Notes under the pieces: generated by a model
What the model saw: the letters and a program-made list of their open reading frames with translations, nothing else
Database searches by the model: none
What the model was told of the DNA's origin: nothing
Position numbers and translations under genes: made by a program
From: Lama guanicoe
Taxonomy: Eukaryota
Reading direction: 5' to 3'
DNA: 64,000 nucleotides
Assembly (NCBI GenBank): GCA_013239625.1
Contig: MU053557.1
Location: forward strand, 4,122,123 to 4,186,122
Shown: positions 52,079-64,000 of the stretch, piece by piece
How positions within the stretch are numbered: position 1 is the first letter of the stretch
How the letters are laid out: every line of letters begins with the position of its first letter

Positions 52079-52769
52079 TTATAGCCACAGTCTATGCCTT
52101 AATGGGGAAGGTTCTTGTGATGGCATCCTTACATCAAGACCAATTCGTGGCCACTCCATTGAAGAATCATGCTGTTCCTTTGCCCACCTCTGCTAATTGT
52201 GCTAACCTTTGGGAATTAGTTGCCCTTCAAAACATTGCAGAACCCCTGGCAATGTCCAGTCTTTGGGTTCCTGCACACCACGTTCTATTTGTCCAAATTC
52301 CGGGCATTCTTTTCTTACAGGAGAATTTCTTCAGCTCACTCATAGCTGTCAGATCCTGCCAAGTTAACCTGGCAACTGGAGAAATACACTTACGTATTTG
52401 TATGTCACCATTCTTTCTTTAAATTAAGCCTGGGGGCATGGCCAACTTTCCTTTCTCACACTCACTTTAATAACATTTCAAGTTGAGTTACGCATAGAAT
52501 ATGTAACTTTCAGGCAATTTATTTTCCTCATAGTTCTCAGCATTTACTGCAAATCCATCACATCATTTGCTTGCATTTTAAACTTGCACTTAGTAATTTA
52601 AAATATCTAGGTCTATTTCTTGCCTAATATGAAATTTGGAGTTTGCATAATTCCCCAGTGTGAGAGAGATTCAGAGCAAAAGCTTTAGAGTTAGCCAGGC
52701 CTGAATTCAAATCCTAGCTCAGCTACAGTCTAGTCATGTGCCCCAAGGTAAGCACACCCATCTTCTACG

Positions 52770-53350
52770 GCTCAGTAACCAATTATCTCACACTCAAAGG
52801 CCTAAAACAACATTCATTCTTTAGCTCACAGTTCTGTAGGTCAAAAGTCTGAGCACAGTGTGACTGAGTTCCCTGTTCAGGATCTCACAGGCTGAAACCA
52901 AGATGCAGGCAGATCAGGGTTTCGTCGGAGCTCGGAGTCCTCATTTGAGCTCACATGGTTGCTGGCAGAATTCAGATCCTTACGGTCGAAGGATTGAGGC
53001 CCACCTTCATCGCTGCTGTCCGCTGGGGCCGCTCTCAGCACCTAGGGATTTCCCACATCTGTGCCATGGTGCCTTCTCCATCTTCAAAGCCAGCAGGGCT
53101 TTTCCCTCACACCAACTCCCTCTCTGACTCCCTTGACTTTTACCTCTAGACCTAGACTTAAAGGGCTCATGTGATTGGGTCAGGCCAACCTGAATAAACT
53201 CCCTATTTTTGCTGATTTGGGACCTTAATTTCATCTGCAAAATCCCTTCACAGCAGTACCTGGATAATCGTTCCACTGGGTACATAGGAGAAGGAGCGTG
53301 TGCTCCAGGCAGCAGGAAAACTTGAGGGGCACCTCCGAGTCTGATGCTCA
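52770..53350 (-). mobile_element. MaLR solo LTR (MLT1E-like) inserted in a MIR
   Basis: gctcacagttctgtaggtcaaaagtctg...ttaaagggctcatgtgattgggtcaggcc...gggaccttaatttcatctgcaaaatcccttcacagcag. Confidence 0.8.
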
Positions 53351-56300
53351 CAACGAGTCACTTTGACCCCGTGAGCTTCGAGCATACAGTGGGGACAAGG
53401 GTGCTCATTACACAGAAGAAGCTAGTTGGATACAAAGAAGCAATGACAAAAGCTTCCAAGTACTGACTCAGCTCAGGATGAGGCTCTCTGTTTTCAAATC
53501 ATTTCATTTCATCTTCCAAGCAGCCCTTTTGAAAGGAGCCTACCACAGAATCTCCTTGGGTGGCTGCTGCTGACTAGATCCCTAATAGCTATTCATTCTA
53601 TGAAAGAATGAGGCAGACTACTATCACCACATTTCATAGATGAAGAAATTGAGGATGACAGATAATACCTATAAAGCAGTTATCAAGGGCTCTGGCACAT
53701 ACTACGAGCGCTCACAAAGCTGCCGCCACCACCACCACTACTGCCACAATCATCATTATCACCATCATTTTTATATTAGAAAAGAGAACCCCAAAGGTCT
53801 ACAGTAGCACCTACTGTAGCACCTACAGTAGCACCCACTCCTCACACAAGCCAGGCAAAGACCACGGAGACAGTGAGCACTTTGCAAGGTGCTTCTGAGA
53901 GGCTGCTGTTCCCAGGGAAGATGCTAGCTCATTTTTTTTTTTTGGCCTCGTCTTTAATACCCTAGGGAGAGCTGCTGTTGATACTCTAGTCCTAGGATGG
54001 ACCACATCAGAATCCAGAAGCTTCCAGTTCATAACACCAACTTGATGGTGGAATTTGCATTGGCAAGTGCAAAAAGCAGCCCTTTTGGCATTTACATTTG
54101 ATCTTTGTTTCCTGGTTATACAACTTCCTTTATCTAATTTTACCTGTTATTTATTTTAAAGCTTTTCACCCCCTTTTACCTAACTTCCAGTAGAGACAAG
54201 TGGTATTCAAAAGCTATCACACATCTTACAACAGTATGTAAAACATTTTGTGCCTATTAAACTAACACCCTTCATTCTTTTCAAATGTCAATCCGTAATA
54301 GACATAAATAAGGTCAGCAAAGGGTGGTACTCAAAGAAGCTTTAGATTTCATCTGATTCAAACTCTTCATTTTACTGATGGGAAAACTGAGGAAAGGATT
54401 TTCTTAAAATCATGAGGCAGAGGCAGAACCAGGACTCAGATGTGCAGCAGAAGCCCACTCACCGAGGGCTGTGCCCTTTCCAATGACATGACCCCTCCTG
54501 GCATCTGGTTTATACCTCACCTTCCAAAGCTCTGCTTAGTGATGAGCTTCTTTCATTCTGTATGTGTTTGTATTTAAAATCCCAAATAAACTATTTTCAA
54601 GGGAAAACAGCTTACTAGGTCTTAAAAGCACTCGTGAGCAAGCGGAGATTCTCCATGACAATTCAGTGGCCAGGCTGTTCTACACATGAAACAAAGGCAC
54701 TGACAACTAGCTTCCCAGTGGCCATGCTCTCCTTCCTCCTGGGTGGCAGAGCCTCAGTTTTGCTTGGGCGCACCACTATGCCCAGCTCCGTCAAGCTGCT
54801 CTCTTTTCCAATCTCCCCTGCTGCCAGGGGTGACAAGACACAATTTTAGCCAATAAGCAGAAGTTGGCTAGAGGGTTAAGGAAAGCTTTTGCTTTCCTGA
54901 GTAGAAAGATGAACACCTGCTGGCACCATCCCTTCCTCTTTTTTCCCCTCCCTTCCTCCTAAACTTGAATGTGATGCCTGGGGCTATAGCAGCCATACAC
55001 AAGGGACAACAAAATAGAAAGCCAGAAGGAGCATGGATCCTTGATATGCGTGACCTCCTTTACCAGCCCTCAATTACTTGTATTTTTATTCAGGATGAGA
55101 AACAACAATTCAGAAAGCAGTATGTTACAGTGGCTAAAGGCTCTTTCTGAAACAGACCCGGGTTTGGGTCCTGGATATCTGCCTGACACTGAGAAAGTTA
55201 CCTAACTTCTCTGAATGTCAGATTTCCCCACTCAGAGGATTATTTTAAGGTTAAATAAAACAATGCACATGAAGTACTTATAAGGGTGCCTGACACGTTG
55301 CAAGCCCTCAGTATGTGGTAGCCTGGTTAAATCCAGGAATTTTTCTTTGAGACTATTTTTATTATTATCCAGTGTATCACCAGGGGATATATGCAGAGTC
55401 GATCTAATTGCTCAGCAAACAACACGTACTACCCTCACAACTTTATATAGAGATTGGCTGTGGAAGGCATAAATTATCTACACAAGACAAATAAATATTC
55501 ATCAAAGATTGCCTCAGAATCCTAGAATGCTAAAGCTAGAAAGCTTGCTCAAGGTTTAACCAAGCATTTATTGAGTGCCAAATGTATGTGCAGCACTGTC
55601 CTAGTCATTGCAGATGTATCAGCAAATAAGTGAAATAAGATTCCTGTTCTCGCAGTGTTTATATTCTAGTGAGGGCATTCCTTAAAGTGTGTTTGTCAGG
55701 GTCATTTCATATTACAGTTGAGGAAACTGCAGCCCAAAGAGGTGAAGTGACTTACAGACTGCCCTAGATCACACAGCAGTCAGTGGCAGATGTTGGAGCT
55801 GAACTTCAGCCTGCTGACTCCTCTTGTGTGTTTTGTCCACATCCAGATACTCCTGAATTTAAATGTCTGTCTACCACCACAAGGCATGCTTTGCCGTCTA
55901 CCACGATGACAGAAAACATTTTCCCTAGAGTCCCTTCATTTCCTGCCACCCTCTCTCTTTCTCTCTGGGCACCACTAAGTATGGTATTTCCTCAAACGTG
56001 GCAAATCTGTTCCTGTTTTAGGACTTTTACACTGTCTGTCCCCTCTGGTTGTTCTTCCTTCCTAGTTTTATTTGGATGACATTCTTTCATTATTTAGGTC
56101 TCAATTTGAATGCCACTTTTTTGCTGAAATTATCTTACTATTTTTTTTTCTCACATGCTTCTTGCTAGTCTGTGTAAGAACAGAGCTCTTGTCTGCCTTG
56201 CCCACAACTGCATCCCAGAAGCCAGAACAATGCCTAGAACCCAGAATTGGTACCCAATAAACATCTGTCAAATGAACACTGAATTTCAGCTCTAGAATTC

Positions 56301-56728
56301 TGGGCTCTTAAGGCAATCTTCATTTGATGAATAATTGTGAGCTATGCTTGGCAATTTATGTTGAATGAATGAATCCTGAAGCCATTTCATATTCAGCTTT
56401 ACAGAATGTAAGATATGGAAGAGACCTTGGAACAATGCTACTCCAACCCCTTCGTATGAAACAGGAGCAAAGTGAAGCCTAGGACTCGCATCAAGACCCA
56501 ATTGACTGAATTCAACCAATGTGTATAGGGGGTGAGGTTGGGGGTGAAAGCTCTAACAGGCTACCTGTCTATAAAAAGTTAGATGAATGCTGGATGAGAT
56601 AGCAGATGATGATTGACTATAATATTCCCTTACCTCTCTCATCTCTTCACTCCCTGCTGCTCCTAACCCTCCTAAACCTCTTGTGATCAACGCCTGAAAT
56701 TCCATCACAGGTTTTCCCTTTCTTTTAT

Positions 56729-56950
56729 CAGGGGCTGCATACTAGTAGCTCTTGGCCCAAATCCAGCCCCAGAAGATTTTTGTTTGTTCAGCACGGTGAT
56801 TATGAAACATTTGCACGTGAATGCCTTTGGGTAAGCAGACACTCTCCAGTTCCCCAACACCCGCACTGCCCCCTATTATGTCACACCTGCCTGCTTCAGA
56901 AATTTATATTACCTCCCTTGTCCCTGAAGACATCTGAGTTTGCCATCTTG
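56729..56950. mobile_element. MER102-like DNA transposon
   Basis: caggggctgcatact...ggcccaaatccagccc...tgaatgcctttggg...cactctccagtt...ccctgaagacatctgagtttgccatc. Confidence 0.7.
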
Positions 56951-58399
56951 GTATTAGGGCTAAAATGTAATTTGTCCAGCTGTTAGCAGTAGATTACACT
57001 TGACCATGAGTGACGGATCCAAGGCTAATTTTGCGGCATGGAGAGCAGTATCTTAAAGATGTTTATAGTTGCACAGGATATCAGAGGTAGAAAAAATGTA
57101 CAAGTGGTCTGGTTCTACTTCTTTCATTTGAGAATCAAGAAAGTAAAGCTTAGAAAGGCAGATGGCAAGTTTAAATCACAGAGCAAGGTAGTGGCAGATC
57201 GGAGAGGGGAACTCAGATTTGCTTATTACATCACACCAAACCGGTCTGGTACAGGGCAGGGATGCTTTGCGGTCCTGGGGGTGGGAGGAATCTGGGTGAT
57301 GGGGGGGCAGGTTTTCAGAACATCATCAAGATTCTGCCTGGGCTGAGCCCACCTTTTTCAGGCTTTTCCTCCCAGCAGCACTCTAAAAGGTAGGACGCTT
57401 CCTCCTCCCGCATAATGATACATTTGTGCCTTCATCCTCCTTCACTAATTTGTCTCTGTATCTTTTCTGTCACTTTATATAACTAATTACTGTTTACTCT
57501 TCCCATGCAGGTTGTGTGGGGATCCAAACTGTGGGAGAGAATGATGTTCCTTTAACGAAATCTCTGAAGAAACAAGGCAGTCTGGAACAGAGGGAAACTC
57601 GGGCTGCAGAATTCTCTTCTCTTTTCTTGTGCCTCCTCCCACCCGGACTTTAGGGCAGGTGCTACCAAGAAGTGAGAGGCAGCAACTCAGACTCAAAACT
57701 TCTCAGCAGATATCAAAGCTGTACATAGAAGGTGCCTCGCCAGTTGTACTGGCAGCTCCCCCAGACCCCTACACTTCCTCTGCCGGCCACACCAGCCTCT
57801 GCAGGGGGATGACCACCCTGGGCTTTTCCTACCTCGCCCTCTTCACTATCACCCTCTTCCTGCTGCCCTTCTAACCCTTTTAACCCTTCTAACCAGATTT
57901 AGGGACCTTTGAAGTAATTTTAACCACAAAAGGAAGCGGTGTGATCAGATGCAAGAGATTTAAAAAAAAACAACAACAACAACAAAAAGACTCCTAAGAG
58001 TCAAAGCTGGCTCTTCTTCTGCCACCAACCAGCTCTGGGTTTCCTTGCTAAACCAGCAGTCAGCTCTGTGACTTTAAGACCAACAGATGTCTCTCAGCAT
58101 CTATCTTATCTAACCATCGTAAACAATCATTGGCGTTATTAAGAGCTTCTTTAAATTTTTTTAACAATTTTAAATTGCAAAAGTAAAGAAAATAATATAT
58201 TGAGTTAAGAAAACAAAGACGAAATGACCTGACACTCAGGCCTGAGCACCCAGTCTTTTACTGGAGAAAAGCTCTCCGGTCCAGGAACAAGTGTGACGGC
58301 AGGGTTCTAGTACAGATGACTGTAGGTTAAATTCCAGGACAGTGCTGGACTTTGATGATGGGGAAAACCAGGAATGGCTAAAGCCTCCGTTCCTTCCCC

Positions 58400-61060
58400 C
58401 CTCCCTCCCCAGAAATTACTAGTACACTAAAAGTCACTGTATATCATTCACTGGTATGTTTTAGTCTTTTTATTATATACATGCATAGATAGAAGAAAAA
58501 TTTTTTTTATGTTTTTGTACATTTTATGCCTATATGAATAATGGGGTCATGCTGATTGTATTTGCTTTTATTCAGCATCATGCTTTGGAGACTTATCTGC
58601 AGCATTCATACAGACTGAATTAATAAATCTTAATTGGTACCTCAGCATATAAATAAACCACAATCTATCTATTCATTCTCCTTTGAGGGACAGATGATTC
58701 ATTTCCATCATCTTACTATCATAAGCAAACTGCTGTAAACATCCTTGTGCACAATTCAACAGTTTCTCTAGGGAGGAAGCCTAGAAGGGGAATCACTGAG
58801 TTACTGCATGTGTGCTCCTTTCTTCTACTGCTCTCCAAAATAGTCATACCAATATTTCCCAAAATACATAGATGACAATTATGCCAAATGGATCTTCCAA
58901 ATAACTATATTTTTTCATCCTCCCATGAATAAAAGTTCTTGTTTCTCTACATTCTGTCAACACTTGGTATCTCTGACTTTCTGATTTGCAAAAATATGAT
59001 AGGTATCAAATGGTATCTCATGTGTGATAGCAAGCATTTCCCTGCTTTCTTGTGTGATCATGCAGCCTTCCATATATTTACTGGTTATTCAGTTTTCTTC
59101 TTCAGAAAAAATGTCTTGTTCTCATTTTCTGGTTGGGTTGTTTGTTTTTTCTCTTATTGTTTGGTAGGGACTCTATATTCTGGGTACTAATACTTTGTTG
59201 GTTACATGGTTTACAAATTTCTCTAGTTGAGCTTGTTTTTTAAACATTGTTTTGGTATATTTGCCATATAGAAGCTTTAATTTTAATGTAGTCAAACACA
59301 GCAAACTTTTTATGGAAGCAACCTAAGTGTCCACCAGCAGATAAATGCATGAAGAAGATGTGGTATGTATACACACACACACACACACACACAATGGAAT
59401 ACTACTCAGCCACAAAAATAAAAATTTGCCATTTACAGCAACATGGATAGACTTGGAGGACATTATGCTAAGTGAATAAGTCAGACAGTGAAAGACAAAT
59501 ACTGTATGGTATCACCTATATGTGGAATCTAAAAAATACAATAAACTAGTGAATATAACAACAAAAAGCAGACTCACCGATGTAGAGGACAAACTAGTGG
59601 TTATCAGAGGGGAGAGGGAAGGAGGGAGAGACAATACAGGGGTAGGGTTTTAAGAGGTACAAACTATTAGGTATAAAATAAGTTACAAAGATATATTGTA
59701 CAATCTGGGGAACATAGCCAATATTTTATAATAACTACAAATGGAATGTAACCTTTAAAAATTATGAATCACTATATTATATACCTGTAACTTATATAAT
59801 ACAGTACAGCAACTGTACTTCAATTTTTAAAAATAGCAATTTTTTATTACTGGGTTATAATTTTTGTGTCTCATTAAAGATAACTTTCCTACTCTAATAG
59901 CATACTAGGTCTTTGTAATACCCCTCCAAACTAAAATACTATTTTCCTCAAGATTTTAGTTCCACCTTATTTTTAATCTCAGCAAATCATTAATACTATT
60001 TTTATTTTATTTTATTTTAACTGAACAGCGGAACAAATACTTGCTTAGCATTTTCCACATGTTCATCAAATTCTTTGCTTAATATTGATTTTTGCATTGT
60101 ATTTTTACTTTCTGGTTCAATTTATTTCTTCCTAAATTCTACCCTTAATACTTACGTGACAGACTGATACATACTTGATCTCAGTCTTGTCTGAGGTACT
60201 TTTGTTTCAAAATTAATATTGAAAGATTTTTTTACTCCATACAGATGACTAAATTAATAATTATTTCCTCTCAGCTCTTTGAAGACAATAGTCCCTTGTC
60301 TCCTGGCCTCTATTGTTGCTAAAAGTTTGCTGCTGCTCGACAGATAAACTTATTCTTTGCTCTGGTAATTTTTAGTCTCCTTCTCCTATGTGTCTTCAGT
60401 GTTGTGCAGCTTCACCAGAATGTGCTTATAAATGGATTTACTTTTCATTTATTCCCGTTAGGACTCATTGTGATGCCTACACATTAATATTCATCTCCTT
60501 TATCAATTCTGGAAATATTCCAGCCATAATTTCTTTAAATATTGCCTCTCTCCCATTCATCCATTCACTTCTTTGTGTCCCTATTGTGTATTAATTTGTA
60601 TTAATATATTTAATTTTCCCTCTGTTTTCCATGTCTTTTAAACTTTCAGATAGTCGCTCTGTGCTGCACCTGGGCTAACGATCTCAGTTCTGTCTTTCAG
60701 TTCGTTAATTCCTTCTCTGGCTGTAGTTTATCTCACATTTAATCTTATTTTGAAGGGTTTAAATTTCAGTTACTGTATTTTTCTTTTTGGAAGTTCTATT
60801 AGGTTACATTGGCTTATTCTTTATTATAGTGTCTTTTGACTCTCTCATGGTTTTGACTCTTTCTTTCATGGCTTTATTCACTGTAAACAATTATTTTGTA
60901 GTTTCTATCAAGTTGGTCTACTATCTCAAGTTCTCTAAGTTAAAATCCTGTTGACTAAGGGTCTGCTGACACTCACTGAAAGCAATTTTTTCTCTCACAT
61001 ATTTTGCAGTTTTGGACTGAATTCATCTTTGGTGGGGCCTTTTCTGTGAGAGGTCTTCCA
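58400..61060 (-). mobile_element. Ancient L1 remnants (L1ME-like)
   Basis: gctgtaaacatccttgtgcac; gataggtatcaaatggtatctcat; ttttaatgtagtcaaa; tatcaattctggaaatattccagccataatttctttaaatattgcctctctcccatt. Confidence 0.7.
59314..59830 (+). mobile_element. Intermediate-age L1 3' end inserted in the opposite orientation into the ancient L1
   Basis: ggaagcaacctaagtgtcc...gcaacatggatagacttggaggacattatgctaagtgaa...aactgtacttcaatttttaaaaa; degenerate TSD acagcaaactttttat / atagcaattttttat. Confidence 0.85.
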
Positions 61061-62782
61061 GGTCCAATTTTATAATATTTTCTTGGTTTGATAGCTCTCA
61101 GACTACTAAAGTAGTAGAAATTTGAATCCTGTATCTATATTACAAAATGGGACTTCTTATCATTTGCTCCCAAATATACTCTTCCTTCTGATTTTATTCC
61201 AGTAAACTGTCTAAGAAAGGAATACAGAATCACCTTAATGCCTCACATTTCTTTACTCCCTCATCCAAAAACTGAGTCCTATAACTTTTGTCTCTCTGTT
61301 TTTTCTGGAATGCATCTTTCCTCCACCTCTAACGCAGCTAATTAATTTTTTTAATCTCACATTTGAAATATGTCTCCTAGTTACTCCCTCAGCCACAAGA
61401 TCTGACCTCCTCTAAATCATAATCTATACTGCAGCCAGACTGATCTTTCTAAAATTAAAATCTAATTATGTCACTTTTCTGCTTAAAAATCGCTATGGCC
61501 CCTCTATTGCATTCAAAATAAAACCCAAAACCTAAGATGAAATTCAAGGCCATTGATATTTTGATCTCTCTTTTAAGCTTTTCACTCTTACCAATTTCCC
61601 CTCAATGCCTCCAAGTGATGACTGCCACTAAATTTTTAAACCTATTTAAATATATTTTGAATATACTAAACAACAACAAAAAAATCAATGAGCTGATCCA
61701 TAAAGTCCAGGTGCAAGCTTCTCAACATGGATTATTATCATATCTTTCCTGATGATGAAATTGTTCATCTTCATTATACTTAGTATTGAAGGCATATTAC
61801 ACTGTTGTGGTCAGCAACAACACTCTACTTTTTAAACACTAGTGGAATTACTTTCATTTGTTCATACTCCAGTAACAGCATAATATATATTCCTAATAAT
61901 ATATTTTATGTGCTATAAACATACTGTCAATGGTAAACATAATTACAGACTACCTATAAACTGATAAACAGTTGTCTTAAGGCAAGTGAGCTCTTAAAGG
62001 GGAACCAGATGCCCAGATGATATGACTAGAAATTATAAAAGTAAAATGTCAAGATTAAAAAGGTCTTTTTCTGTTCAAAATTCTGTAATTCTGTGTTGTG
62101 TGTGTATATAAAAAAGTTACCTTGTATTATAATAAAGGCAAGTCAGTGGGAAAAGTAATGGAATCACAGAATATTAGGGCAAAAAGCAGCCTTAGAGATA
62201 ATCTGGTCCATGGTTTTTCAAATCTGTTGCTAGTCAGGAAACTGTCAAAAAAAAAAAAGTCTTTGAAATCTAACATGCAAGACAGATCCATGTCAATCTC
62301 TTCTGGTTTAATTTAAAGTTTAGGACACTGTAGTCTTAGGCACATGTAATCCTTCTCTCCTTCTCCAGAAACACAGAGGATACAATTCCAATTTAAGTGA
62401 TATAAATTCTAAAAATGATACAATCCATTTATAGGGATGAAATCCATAAAACTGTGGGCTGCATGAGTTAGAGTAGAGATACACTTATTTAGTGCCATGA
62501 CTAATAATCACTGCAACATCATGTTTTTATCTTTCCAAGTTAGTCAAAAATATAATACAGATCAGTTGCTTCAGACACCAATCAGCAGCCCACAGACTTC
62601 CGATCAAAGTCTGTGACTGGAAATCAGTTGCAGCATGTGGCATTTGTGTTTCAAGTCCAACCCAAAGCAGCTGCTGAGGACATAGTAATTAAGCAAGTGC
62701 TAATGAAAAGTCTAATAACCAAAAATGTATGGACTGTAGCTCTTTGACACCTATTTTAAGTGACAAGCACAACCTGTGTGAA

Positions 62783-62940
62783 AGCCAACTAAGGAGGAAG
62801 AGAGGCTTGAAGAACTATGACAAGGAGAAAGCAGGAGTTTGCAGAATCAAAGAATAGCAAGAAGGAACACCACACTCCCTCTCTGCACCCATAGAGACCA
62901 AGCAATATAACTGAAGGCCCCAATGTCAAGCTGGATATAG
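62783..62940 (+). repeat. 158-bp dispersed direct repeat, copy 2
   Basis: Matches 43508-43665; flanked by tgtgaaagcc (62777-62786) and tgtaaaagcc (62944-62953). Confidence 0.93.
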
Positions 62941-63749
62941 GCTTGTAAAAGCCTTAGGGCAAGATGATAATGGCCTGCCACTAGTCTTTGAATGTGTCCC
63001 AGGAAGCTCTTTTGCTTTTTTTTTTTTCACTGAAATGGTATAATTAATTACCTCTAACTCATTAACACGCAATCCTAACTCATCTTTCTGAAGCAAATGT
63101 CAAATTCAGTCACTCCCTAACTTCAGCCCTAGAAAGGGTCTCACTGTACTATTCAAAGCCCAGTTCTTACTCAAAGCTCTTAACTAAATGCTGTTGGAGG
63201 CAGAGAAAGGTTCATCTGAGATTACTTAAGTATCCATTAATCTTGAGTCCAGTGAACTCTGAGGGAAGATTCTGAAATTAAGAGGAAACAATAGTATCAG
63301 GAAAAGTGTAGGTGGAATAGGACAGTCAGAAGGAATAAGAAAAAAAAAAATAAGGAAAGGATAGATTAGGGTGGGGCTTGGGGCGGGGGATGAAGAAATG
63401 GAACAGAAAATTGATGTTCAGAAGGCCAGGAGTTGAGATCAGAATAAGTGATATCACTGAAGGTTAGTGGTCAGTGAAATATTCAAGCCACATAATTAGC
63501 ATTTTAAAAAGTGCCCTTGCACATAGCAGGTACTAAATAAACATTTGCTTAATAGATTCTGACCAAGTCTCCTTGTGCTTAAGCTAAACCTACTCTTTAG
63601 CACTGTGGCTAACGTCCTTGGGCTTGCCTATAACTTTCCTTCTGGTAACAAAATTCATGTTGAATGGTAGAATGAACCATTGGTAGAATCACTGGTGGGT
63701 GATCCAGACATTGAACTTATAACACAGACTTTAAAATAATTCTAATTAA

Positions 63750-64000
63750 TACGTCCAAGAAAATGGATGGCATGATAGACAGAATTTCTAAGAAAAAAAT
63801 TTAACTATTTAAAATACTCAAATGGAAATTCTAGAACATTAAAATACAATAATCGAAATTAAGAATGTACTAGGTAAGTTTAATAGCAGATTGGATGTGG
63901 ATGAAGAGAGCATTAAAAACAAGAAGATAAGTAAATAGGAAAATTCTGACTGATTCTTGGAGATAAAAATAGAATAAAAAATAGCATGTTAGATAGGACA
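63750..64000 (+). mobile_element. Ancient L1 ORF1-region fragment (runs off the window)
   Basis: caaatggaaattctagaacattaaaatacaataatcgaaattaagaat...tttaatagcagattggatgtggatgaagagag. Confidence 0.7.

Noticed and set aside
52006..52422. 138-aa ORF with a signal-peptide-like poly-Leu
   Set aside because: The poly-Leu/Ser comes from the (TTA)n(TCA)n repeat at a MIR tail.
27209..64000. HTR4 ATG exon (MDKLDANVS-like) and promoter
   Set aside because: No matching sequence or CpG island found; presumably beyond position 64000.
1..64000. CRISPR arrays, operons, rRNA/tRNA genes or prokaryotic defence systems
   Set aside because: No repeat-spacer periodicity, no dense ORFs and no structured RNA gene recognised; the sequence is mammalian intron.

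Overview
Mammalian genomic DNA, most likely a camelid (inferred from the young L1 3'UTR type and the absence of Alu, B1/B2, PRE-1, Bov-tA/BovB, CHR-2 and Can-SINEs). The window lies inside the serotonin receptor 4 gene (HTR4) on the minus strand. It holds four constitutive coding exons (126, 201, 154 and 569 bp; TM1-TM7 up to ...STHVLR) and an intact 42-bp cassette exon 'h' that the ORF track misses. The ATG exon and the alternative C-terminal exons were not found and presumably lie outside the window. The rest is intron rich in L1, L2, MIR, MaLR/ERV LTR and MER DNA-transposon remnants. No prokaryotic-type or clearly new gene system is supported. The most interesting signals are: (1) 140-300 nt pyrimidine-rich AG-exclusion zones before three exons, one broken by two in-frame cryptic AGs that would split the DRY motif; (2) an inverted pair of young L1 copies bracketing two frame-symmetric exons; (3) a nested L1 cluster with a candidate 3' transduction and a polyadenylated non-repeat insert; (4) a 158-bp segment copied 19 kb away with templated-insertion junctions. 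Repeat family names and boundaries are by eye and approximate; exon coordinates were checked base by base.
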